A DNA stretch of 64,000 nucleotides from Pelomyxa schiedti (lineage: Eukaryota; Protista; Evosea), in assembly GCA_020536535.1 (NCBI GenBank), contig JAHLWZ010000790.1, forward strand, positions 62,001 to 126,000. The letters are read 5' to 3'. The notes below the pieces were generated by a model, which worked only from the letters and a program-made list of their open reading frames with translations, ran no database searches and had not been told where the DNA came from. The position numbers were made by a program, and so were the translations under genes. Numbering within the stretch: position 1 is the first letter of the stretch; each line of letters opens with the position of its first letter. Below are positions 10,862 through 21,785 of the stretch, piece after piece.

Positions 10862-13800
10862 CTACGAGCTTTTTTTGGAGGTGGGAATTCGTTGGGTTTT
10901 CGCCCTCATGGCTTCTGCCCTTTCTGGCATCCCTTGTGTTTCGTAGAGGTCGGCCAAGTTGGTGTAGCACAGTGCCATGTCCGGGTGGTTCTCCCCAAAC
11001 ACCGATTTGACCACTTCAGCAGCTGCGGGTAAAAAATGCATTTTGATGCATGCAGTTAGCCACACGTGTTCCGTTGTTTGTTTTGTTGTTGGTGGTGAGT
11101 ATGTTTTGAGTACAGGACTTACCGTCGAGAAGGCTCTCTTCAGCATCAGAGAAGCTGTTGTGATTTAGACGGAGAACCCCGAGGTCATTTAAAGTTAGAG
11201 CAATTGCGGGGTGCGGGGGCCACTTGGGCGGCGGCTCTTTCCCGAAACTGAGGCTGCTGTAGGCCGCTGACAACACTGCGAGAGCTCGGATGTACATTTC
11301 CTGAATTTCTTCAAATGGTCTTGATTCTCTCTTCCAGGTTGTTAAAGGTCCGCGTTACAATGGTTCAATTTATAACCTGATACAGGTTAGCAATGCTATT
11401 CATAACTTCAGCAACATCGGGATGGTTGGATCCAAAATTCTTCTCATATATTGCAAGGGCCTGACTTGGAGTTAAAAATGAATTGCGTCATATGAATTTG
11501 CGCCGGCTCGGGGTGGAGACCAACCTGGAAATACATTGCCTCAGATTCTTCATAGGAACTTGTGTTTCCTGACGAAGCCAACAGGTCAGCCAGGTTACTC
11601 AATGATTGAGCTGTATCTGGGTGCTCATTACCAAGAGACTTCGTTCGAATTTCAAGTGCACGACGATATAATGGCTCCGCTTTTTCCTAGTAGTTGGAAA
11701 GTTCAATAACACCATGACGAATCGCATACAGGTTCATTGCGACGAACATGAAGGACGGCAATATCGTTACATGTGAGAGCTTGTACAATTTTACAATCTC
11801 ATTTTTCGACTAAAAATGAACATACCAATTTCAGGTGCGGACTCTCCAAGGAGTTGTTCTTTGGTAGCAAGAGACTTAAAAATGGTGAGCAAAGCTATCA
11901 TAAGAAGGGAAATTGAAACCAACCATTTGGAAAATCTGCAAGGCCTCATCATAGTATCCCAGATCAAGTTTACCAGCAGCAATTATGTTGAGTGTCTGTG
12001 CTACATTTATATGTATAGGTCCGAATAGTTTGCGCTCAATATGTAATGCTTTGGCAAGAAACTGTTCGCCTTCTGTGTATCTAAAACGAAGATGTAGAAA
12101 GTGAAAAATCGAAATGTTGTAACCTTCCAATAGAGATAAACAGTCCACCAATGTTACCCAAGGACTAGAGTTGACAGTCGGAAAAGGTGAGATAGATGTA
12201 AGATTACTTGAGCAGTATCAGGGTGATATGTGCCGTACACATTTTCCCTTATCTGCAGAGCTTTTTTATAAAGCGTTTCAGCAAGTAAACATTGCCCTCG
12301 GTCTTGATATAGACAAGCTGTACAAAGGTAAGTATCATACTTGGCTTCAAACAAGTGATTACCCAAAGAATTGTAGCTCTGGGCCAGATCGGGGTGCATT
12401 TTACCAAGAGTTTTTTCTCGGATTTGCAGGGCCTCATTGTACCTATATGGATGAGAGAGAGCCGAGCAGAAATTTTCATTACAGTGGTTCAGCTTCAATG
12501 TATTTGCCACGTAGTCTGTAAAGAATTGCTAGATTATTGAGTGCCTGCGCCAGATCTTCATGTGCCTCAGGGTGTGATTTGCGTATGTCAAGTGCTTGCA
12601 AGTAGAGTGGCTCAGACTCGGCAAATCTGTTTAAAAGAGTTACACTGGTATAGTTCCGGACTGTAACCTGCCAGCTTCCCTATAAAGAAAAGCCAAGTTC
12701 TCTAGCCTACCTGAGTTCATTTGTTAATGAGTTATTAAAGGGGAGAAAAAAAAAAAAGAAAACCAGCTAGAGAGGCCGAGTTTAATTCTGATGCATGCAA
12801 GTATTTAGCAAGTTGTAGTGCCCACATATGTAAAGTCTCTGCAGGTTTGAATCGGGACATCTCTGTTAAAAATTTTGCGATGACAGTGATTCTGTCACAA
12901 TCCTACTTGAAACATAAGGGAAAAGAACAATATCGAAGGAGCCACTTTTTCACCCAAAGTGCTGCTTTCTAAAGATTGAACAACTTGTAACACTTTGTTG
13001 TCAATATCAATGTGATCTGCGCAGTCTCTCCAAAGAACAGTAAGTTCGAACCGCAGGTCATCTCCTGCGAGATGCTCCAGGAGCTGTACAAAAATTCAAT
13101 AAACTCCATGAGGTAGGACAAAAGAACTTCGAGGTTTGATAGAACGAGGGCTAGATCTTGCCAATTGCCCAGCCGATGTAATGCAAATGGTAGTTCATCA
13201 CAGACCCTTGAAGTAATGTTCGACTTTTTGGAGGATGAAAACCATAAATTTCCAAAATACGCAGCAATTGCACGTAGGCAATACGTTTGCCTGTCTCCTA
13301 CAGAGGCATATGTGGCAATTGCAGCTTCTCGAACACAAGCATGAGTGCAAGTTAATAAGCCTGATAACTTCCCCCTCGAAATGAGACCTCTCATCATCAA
13401 CATCACACGTGAAAGAGAAGCTTGGGGAATTCCAAGCAAATCACACAGTTCAGCCTCACGTAGGCCTTTCCTTGAAGAGACAATAAAGCACAGAACACCA
13501 GCGAGAATATTTTTATCTGCATATTCGTGCTCCATGCGCTTGAACATGAATGAAATAAGCTCTCTTGTGTTGTTGGCAGAAAGGTAGTAGGACACTTGAT
13601 CATTGAGATTTTCGAAAGTACCTAATAAGTATCTTGGAATAGAGCAAGACTAACTGAAAATTTACCAGAGTATTTCAATTCCTATTATCGGTTTAACAGT
13701 ATTGATAGAAGTAGGCACTTACTTCAAGAAGCAAAGTGGCGTACAAGGGGGTGGCCAGTTTCCGATGAAGACCTGTGGCAATCAGAGAGACCATTGACTC

Positions 13801-16241
13801 GGATATTGACTTCCCACACTCTGCCAATCGTCGTTGGAGGAAATCAACCCAATCAGAGACACCCAGATGTGGTACCTAGAGAAGTTAGAGGACGAAAGTT
13901 GTAACAAACCACTACCCCAACTGTCTTAAATCCCCTTTGCTTGGCAACCTCACTAACAGGGGATCCAGTATTAGCAGAAATTATCACAGTGACCAGGCTT
14001 GAACAGTAAATAATAGGAAAAAAAAAACTGCCGGAAGTACCTGGGAAACTGGGAAGGTAACCAACGGAGTTCGTGGCAATCATGTTTGTTTTCCATTTGG
14101 TCTAATCCTGAAAGAAGAAGAAGGACAGGTCCCCTTGTGCTGGCACGGAAGAGCATTACCTGGAACTGCAGGGAACATAAGTGTTGAGTATGTTTCAATA
14201 AGTTTCATTGAAACTAACTTCCATCGCCAGGTTACTGACTGATTTGTTTTGTAAGTCAATACATTCTTCTCCAAGGAAAAAGCTCAGCTGAGAAACGAGA
14301 CTTGAAAGTAGACTGTTCAGATCAGTTCTTGATCCATTCAAGCCACAAAAATAGGCTATTTAAATTTAAACATTTAAAGAAGCGAGGAAAAGATACCTAA
14401 AGGGAGGACCTCAGGCACATCGCTAACAACTGTGGAAAAAAATGTAGAAAGCAGTGTACTCTTCCCTGAACCTGCCTCTCCTTCCACAAGAATAAGGGGA
14501 GAGAGATCAGCACTGCCTGATTCACTGCTAGACCTCGCCGTTTGGAACCCAGCAGAGTTAGCACTGAGAGAGTTCTTCAACGTTCTAAGAGTCGTCTCTA
14601 GGCCAACCACGATTTTGGATCTTGTTGAAACAAAAGCATCCTGCTCAAGCATATCCCGGGTAGCAGGGGTTAGAGTGCTCTCTGACTTAGAATGAAAATC
14701 CAGATTTTTATGGACTGATTACTTGGGAACTGGGAAATGAGGATATTGTGTAGTTCTCTGTGAATGATACTTGCAGCTTCCTCTGGGGAGCAGTACGAAA
14801 ATACTGGAGCACCGCAACAACGAACTTCATCTTTTAGTTTCTGGAGTTTCTGTCCTTCCTCACTGTCACTTTGAAAGGTCATTCAATATTTTTCACAAAG
14901 CACACACGTTTCAAGGCACTCTTTAATTAAAAATAGAACTCCAGTAGGCACATGTCCGGCTTCAAAATTGAGTGCTGCATGTCTATAAAAGTTTGACTAC
15001 AAATAGAAACATAACAGGATGCAAATACCTAACTTCCAGCTCAGTTACACTCCTGTCCTTGAACTTCGCTATCCATGGAAACTACAAAAAAAAAAAAAAA
15101 ATTGCAAGGGGCCAGATACAAAATTTACCTGTTGCTCTGCAATGCTAAAGGTGCGAGCAAGAAGAGCGTCTTGAGGAGTCCCATTCACATATGACTGATG
15201 CCAGCCATACCTTTCACCAAGGAGACCTGGAAGAATCTTCAAAAGTAAACAGTTATGTGCTCTTACATACAGACGAAAAAAGGGAGACATTTGTCAACTA
15301 TATAGTATTAAATTAGAGTTGTAAATTCTACAAAAAACAACTTTCATTGAGGCAAATCTGTAAGGTTTGTCCATCCTGAGACTGCTCGGTAGTCACACCC
15401 CACCTCAAATCAACCTTGAAACTGTAAGTAAATGAAAAAGTAAAAGTAGAAGCAGGTTCCTACTGGTGATATCGTCACGCCTCTATCCTCAAATTCTTCA
15501 GATAGTGAAGGGAAAACTCTTTTTCTAAGGGAAGAATAGTTATACAATAGAGGAGGAAAAAATGTTAAACATCAATATTTCGCGTTCAGACTGCATATCA
15601 AGGAATCTAGGTGTGTTTTACAAAGGACATTCAAATGAAACAAACACACGTGCTAGACAAAAAAACTCTTGCAGTCCGTTCCAAAGAAGCCTCACAAGAG
15701 GTGCTGGCTCTCATATCCAACCTAGTAGATGAATCAGCCCACCCAGATGTGCTTCCAGGAAGCAATGATCCAGCTGGATCATAAAAGTTAAGTACCAGAC
15801 ACAAAAAAACCAAAACCAAAAAGAGAGCGAGAACGCACTGGATGCAGGCAGTCCCAGAGACACCAAAGGGTCATCCCCGCCACCAGAACCTTGCAAGTTC
15901 CCAGAAGGCGAAAAAGACGAAGAAGACGCCATGGCTAACAGCCGCAGCTGCTCCTCGTGAGCCTTGCACTTGGCCTCATACTCCTCCTGCTCCGTTCTGG
16001 TCTGAGAACCATCGCGCGCGACGTCGCGCTCCTTGGCGCCTCGGTGCAACGACGATGCCGATGAAGACGAAGATGAAGATGAAGACAGCCGGTTGGAGAT
16101 CGTGGATGGTCGGTTTTTCGGGTGCGGGTGTGGTTGCGTGTTCGCGCCGCTGCTGGTAGAATTAAGTGCCGATCTCGTTAGGAATTTCCGGGCCGCGAGA
16201 CCGCCGGTCGACTTTCGGGCTGTTTGTTTGGTTCGCGCCAT
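10862..16241 (-). CDS. DUF4062 - STAND/NACHT-like ATPase - TPR protein (NPHP3/TEP1-like) with an N-terminal histone H3 tail
   Basis: N-terminus [51 protein letters not shown] and SVTELEV (DUF4062); GEAGSGKST P-loop; SRKGLREAEL winged helix; multiple HPDxAQSxNxL kinesin-light-chain-type TPRs. Confidence 0.88.
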
Positions 16242-16632
16242 CTGTTTAATCAACAATCTGGGAAATAATCGGAAAATACTGGCTCGCTTAAAAAGGGCCC
16301 CCGTTGCCTTTTTCGCGTTTCGGAATGCGTGCTCAACAGACTCAGTCCTGAGGCTCTTGGACTCACAAAATTTGGCACAGGTCTACCCCTTTCGTTGTAA
16401 CGGCCACTGGTATTCAGATTGGATTTCTCCTTCCTCTTAGGTACTGTTGAAGCATTCCATCTTCTTGATTCCGAATGGGAACCGAGTACGTGCTTACTGC
16501 GCATGGGTGGAGATATTCACTCAGGGTAGAGGGAGATCTGATCCCAGTGCTGCATCACTTCAGTTGACAAAAACGAAACCCAAACATCAAACATTTAGAA
16601 AAACAAAACAAAAAAAAGCATTCAAAACTTCG

Positions 16633-17533
16633 ATGAGTGCACCCCCAGTGCCCAGTCGCGGCCGACGTACGTACCTACAAGATCTCCGCCTTTTCTTTGT
16701 GTTCGTGAGTCGTTTGCTTGGCGTTTCTTCTCCACACTGTCTTGGGAGCGACAAAAAAATAATATTTATACTGTATGCATCTGTTTTTTTTTTTTATAAC
16801 CCTTAACAAGCTGCTCCTCCGGCGCCGCCTAGTGGGTCACGTCCTCCTCCACCTCCTCCAAGAGGTATTTCAGTATTCTTTTAGCTACTTAAAAGATTTA
16901 TTTTATTTACTTAAAGAAAAGATGATTTACATTGTTAGAAGCGTTAGGGGAAATTAATTTTGTTGGTGTTGGGAGGAGATGCCACAATTCATTCTCTCAC
17001 TCATTGTAGAAGATGATCAAGAAGGAGATATGGAGCGTGAAGGGCGGTGGAGCTTTCATCCAATATCCGACTTCCCCCCTCCCCCGTCATTCAATGTAGC
17101 ACACAAAGAGTATAGTGGAGGCGGAGGCCCTGCAATTCCTGCACGGCAGCCGTCATCGCAACCACACTCTCAAAAGCCAGCACCACCTGGCACCAAGCCA
17201 CCGCCACCACCCACTGCAAGCAAACCACCCCCTCCATCAAGCAAACCACCACCTCCCCCATCTGGAAACAAACCCCCGCCGCCACCACAACGTGAATCCT
17301 CTGAAGAAAGAGTTCCTCCTCCACCCCCACGCAACAACACAACTCAGGAAGCGCAGGACCCTCCTCCTCGTCCTCCCAGGGACAATGGACAAGCTCCCCC
17401 CAAACCCCCGCGGTCAGACAATGCCACTACAAATGGCAGTGGTTCCAACGGAAGACCGCCGCCGCCTCCAACAAGGCCTAGTGGTCCTAGTACAAATAAG
17501 CCGGCCCCACCTCCACCACCCAGAAATAGCTAA
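16633..17533 (+). CDS. WIP/verprolin-like proline-rich protein
   Basis: EGRWSFHPISDFPPPPSF resembles the WIP WASP-binding segment (RFYFHPISDLPPP); many PPPPxR SH3 ligands; 2 introns. Confidence 0.75.
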
Positions 17534-17668
17534 ACTGTAGGAGCCCCACATACCCCCCCACAAATATCAACCTAACCAGACACCACCACACTTTTCTCTG
17601 GCTTGTTTTTTTTTTTCCAATTCCAAAATAAAATACCAAGACTTGTTAACTTTATTGGCTCTTTTGTG

Positions 17669-18979
17669 TTACAATTCTTCAGAGGAATTTCCTGGTTGCA
17701 GAGGTTCATGTGTTTCTTGTTGGATTGAACTTGTGGTGTTGTGTTGTTCAGTCCGTGAATTTGTGTGTGTTGATGTGGTTGTTGTTCGGGCTGACAGGGG
17801 AGCAGCAGCATGCCTCGAAGGGAGAGGTGCTTTTCTGGGAAGAGGCATTGTGGCACTGAGGTTGTAGTGGTGTGTGACATGTACAACCTTTTCTGTTGTC
17901 ATAGTGTGGGAGCTCAGGCCGGAAGCGAGTGCTGACGGGAGCGGTGTGTGACGGGCGTGTGTTATTAGCTGTATCTCTCGGTTGCGGGATGAAACTTCCC
18001 GGGTGAGAACTACATTTTGGGCTTCAAGCTCTTTTTTGGTAGCCTCCAGGGTGCACACTTTTTTATACAGTGCATCTCTCTTTTTCATGTCAGATAATTC
18101 AAGAGTGGAGAGGGAAGAGGGATGTACATCTCTCATAAGACGATTTAGATCTAGGGTAGCCTTGGTAGGGCGAGTGGTTTTCGTCTCAATATCTTTGAGT
18201 TGCCTGGCAGTGAATCAATGTACTTCCGCAGGTTAATTGATGTTGGCATACCTATGTAAATTCACTTTGTCGATTTCGAGTTCTCTATTTCTATGCTCTA
18301 GATCTTGCACCCGCGCGAACAGTTTATCAAGTTGCGCCTTGTAGCTAAAGCTTGTGAGAGCGGTACAAGATTGATATTACCAACGCTTTCTCCAAAAATG
18401 TGGCTTCAAAGGGGGAAGCTGGATGCTTATTGAGAGTGACACGTGAAGACTCCAAATTTGATGCAAAATGAGGGGAAGGCTGGTCCTATCATGTCCATTA
18501 GACAGATACAAGAGGTTGTGAGTATTATTAGTAGGTATAAAAGGGCAACGCACAGCAAAGGACTTGCTTTTTAAACCCAGAGACTGAGAGTGGGGTAAAA
18601 ATCAGTGACTAAGGGAAAAAAATAACAAAAGGAATTTGTACCTGGTCAGTGCTCAGTGGCGTTTTGATTCTATGAATATCAAGTTGAGCCTGCAGTTTCC
18701 TTGTGTTTTTTTCAAGAGGAATAAGCCACTATTTATGTGGTATTATTTTTTCCTTACAAGGCTCGTGTGTGGCTTTGAGCAAGTTGCTTTTTCAAGTCCT
18801 CGTTCTCTTTTCGTAGAGTTTCCCTAGTGCCATTTAAGATTGTTTTCACTTTTCTTTAATAAAGTTGTCAAAGGCAACAGTCAGTGGCCTGCCAACTACG
18901 AAACGCAAAAAATTTCCACTCACATTGCCATTCCACCACCTGCGTTCTCGTTAGCGTCCGTAGATCCAGACCCCGACAT
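17669..18979 (-). CDS. Coiled-coil protein of unknown function
   Basis: Spliced exons with heptads (RETLRKENEDLKSNLLK; LEATKKELEAQNVVLTREVSSRNREIQL) and a low-complexity tail; exact exon structure uncertain. Confidence 0.6.
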
Positions 18980-19142
18980 TTTGATGGGTTTTGTTTCTGT
19001 TTTCTTTGGAATTACCGTAAAAGCGAGGTTTGAAACAACCGTGGCAATCAAATTTGGCAGATCTACAACTGGTTGTACTTTTTTTTTATTTGTATGGTTT
19101 GGTGGGCTTTGTGATTTCTCTGAGTGGGTTCTTCTTGTTTCT

Positions 19143-20678
19143 TTAGCGGGATTCTTTTCTGACTTTGGGTGGTTTGATTGGCTTTCCAGTTGTTGTCACT
19201 TTGGGTTTTTTGCTTTTGGGACCCCCTCCTTTCTTGGTTACAAACTCACGCCATGAGGCCACTCTTTCACTTCGACGTTCTTCCCACTGTATTTCAGTAG
19301 AAACGTGAGTGACTATTCTAGTAGTTATTGTGTGGTTCGTCTACCTTTTTTTCCTGTTCTTCTTGCTGTTTTATCTGCTCCTGTAGTTTCTGTCTTTCCT
19401 CTTTTACCCGCTTGTCGTTCGCACGTTGCATTTCGTCGGCCTTCTGTAGTCTCGCTTCAATGTCAATGATCATTGCATGTGTTTCACGTCGAAGGTCATA
19501 AAGGTAGGCCTCCTCATTTTCTGGGGTTCTTTCAAGGCCTTGTGACTTCCAATCTGCATTGACCTATTACGGAATCAGATGGAGGTGTTTTCCAATAATA
19601 TTTCCTCACCTTTTCGCGGGATTTCTCCGTAACCTCAATAAACGGGAGTCTTTGAGTGGGATTTTCACAGATTTTTATAGCCTTGCTCAGAGCTTTTAAG
19701 GGTAAAAGATCAAGGTTGTCCGAGACAGTCTGTCAGTCAGTAACAGAATGTGAGGAGGGGGGGTGGGTGTGTGGATGTGGCCGGGAGGGAAATTATACTT
19801 ATATAATTATAAAGAAGTAAGGTTTAATAGACCCCATGTCCCAGTTTTATAGAAACACTACACTTGAAGTTGGAATAGGCGTACCGGCAATTGCTTCACC
19901 ACTTCGAGGGTGGGCACATTTGTCAGGGTGTACAATCAAAGTAAGCTACAAAAGGAGAAAAGTAAGTTTTTTTGGGGGGGAAGTTACGAAAAAAGAAGAA
20001 GAAGAAAAAAAAAAAAAAAACCCCACAATTTCACAAGCTAAATCTCTCACGCGCATACGCGCGTTCACACACACACACACACGTGCATACCCTCTTGTAG
20101 TGGGACCTAATTTCGTTGAGGGCCATCTCCGGGGTGCTCTCCAGCTGGTCGTACGGGTTCTTGAAGAAAAGTATCTTCCTGATGAGCTTGTCCGTCTCCT
20201 CCGCGGTCCTCTTGGCGTGGTGCACCCCCGCGCTCCCCCCGTCGCCGCCCTCGCCCTCGCCCTCGCCCCCGCCCCCGCCCCCCATCGACTCCCTCACCGC
20301 CGCCATCGCCTCCGCCACGACGTCGATCCCGCCCCCGGCTCCCGCCGCTGCGGCGTCCTCCGGGGGGGCCGCCGCCGAGTCCGCTGTTTCGGCTGGTGCC
20401 GCCGCCGCCGACGACGACGACGACGACGTGGTAGTGCTCGTGGATGTGGTTGTTGTGCTGGTTGCGGTCGATGACGCCGCTGGGTCGTCGCCCACTGGGC
20501 CCCCCGTCGGTGCACTCGACTTGGAGGTCGAGGAAGAGGTTGTGGTGCTGCTGGATGACGTTGTGGTGCTGCATGCGGTGGTCGTCGCCGCCGAGGTCGA
20601 CGACGCCGATGACGTGGAGAAGTCATCCGCAGGGGACGGAGACGCCGACGAAGAGGATGTCGTTGTGGTGTTGGACAT
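19143..20678 (-). CDS. DNAJC8: J-domain protein DNAJC8/Spf31-like with a long Ser/Thr/Ala/Gly-rich N-extension
   Basis: NPYDQL...IRSHYKR|LTLIVHPDKC (HPD motif); C-terminal WEERRSERVASWREF...KPPKVRKESR matches the DNAJC8 signature. Confidence 0.85.
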
Positions 20679-20962
20679 GCGAGGGTGTTGGTTTTTGGTT
20701 TTGTTTGAGGTCAGATCTACTATCTCTTGGCCTGAGCCTCCGTAAGGCCTTCGCCTTCACGCGACAGTTTTCTTTTCTTCCGTAATCGACATGGTTTATG
20801 GAGGTAATTGGATGATGGTCATTCGACTGGTTGGAGTCACGTCGAGTTGTTCCAGAAGAATAGAAAGATTGGAAGTGTTCTATCCAGAGCAATAGCAGGG
20901 AGGCAGCATTACCCGGACGTGTGTACTCGAAAAGAAATTGGAAAGGGAAAGCTCAAAAGTTT

Positions 20963-20989
20963 AATAAATAAATAAATAAATAAATAAAA
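20963..20989 (+). repeat. (AAAT)n microsatellite
   Basis: taataaataaataaataaataaataaa. Confidence 0.9.
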
Positions 20990-21036
20990 AGTAAAAGGAG
21001 AGATAGAGATCCACACTGTCATACTATATCTTTAAG

Positions 21037-21546
21037 ATGCTACAGCAATGCCAAGTGAACTCAACAGCTCCAACCTTTCCTGCAGTTCCACCACAAGGAG
21101 TTTCACGCATTCTGTGGAGCACTACGGATGCCCAGACTCATTCTCATCTGCGATCCAGTGCCGCTCTCTCTAAGGAAAAACGTTGCCACATTCCATCAGA
21201 TAACGCCACCGGCAATGTGGCAGAGATTCATACAATGGAGCCGCTGATTTCAGTCGCAGAGGCAGAGCACATGACAGACCCTCCACATGCCATAAGGTTC
21301 ATGACTGGTCGCGGCGAAGTGGCGCGCTCTGTATCAGAAATGAGTATGCAGCGGGCCTGTGAAGTCATATTTAGCGAGAATGACCAAGAAAGAGAAGCCA
21401 TGATAGACGCTGTTGTGGGTACTGTGCCTCCAGTTTCCTTACACCTAACTCACTCCACATCGGGTCCAGAAAGATTGGTGGTTCCTTATCAAAACATGAC
21501 GTGTGTTCCACTGTGGAGACATCTCAACACTAACGCTGAGACTTAG
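21037..21546 (+). CDS. Possible intronless orphan ORF (169 aa)
   Basis: Uninterrupted ATG-TAG frame with protein-like composition; no recognisable motif. Confidence 0.3.
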   Translation: MLQQCQVNSTAPTFPAVPPQGVSRILWSTTDAQTHSHLRSSAALSKEKRCHIPSDNATGNVAEIHTMEPLISVAEAEHMTDPPHAIRFMTGRGEVARSVSEMSMQRACEVIFSENDQEREAMIDAVVGTVPPVSLHLTHSTSGPERLVVPYQNMTCVPLWRHLNTNAET

Positions 21547-21785
21547 GCTTGTCATTTCAGATGTGCAAGGCGAACCCGCTATTGCCTGGGATGCCCCGCC
21601 TGGGACTTTGCCGACACACAAAGAGGAGTGAGCCACTGGCCGCTTTCTTTCTCACGACGTTTATTTATCCATTGCCGACTGTTTCCGAGAAGCGATCCTT
21701 GGTTTTTTGTCCCCCAGCTCAACCAAACAAAAACAGAGACAAAAACCAAAACAAACTCATTTACGCGTGCTACTGTACACACACC

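Noticed and set aside
16179-16241. A genuine histone H3 gene
   Set aside because: Similarity ends at about residue 20. No KPHRYRPG or histone-fold sequence was seen downstream, and the frame continues into an unrelated protein.
21120-21620. RNase P/MRP RNA (CAGACTCATTCTC on plus; GGCAAAGTCCC on minus)
   Set aside because: The two P4-like halves are on opposite strands and neither has a partner on its own strand.
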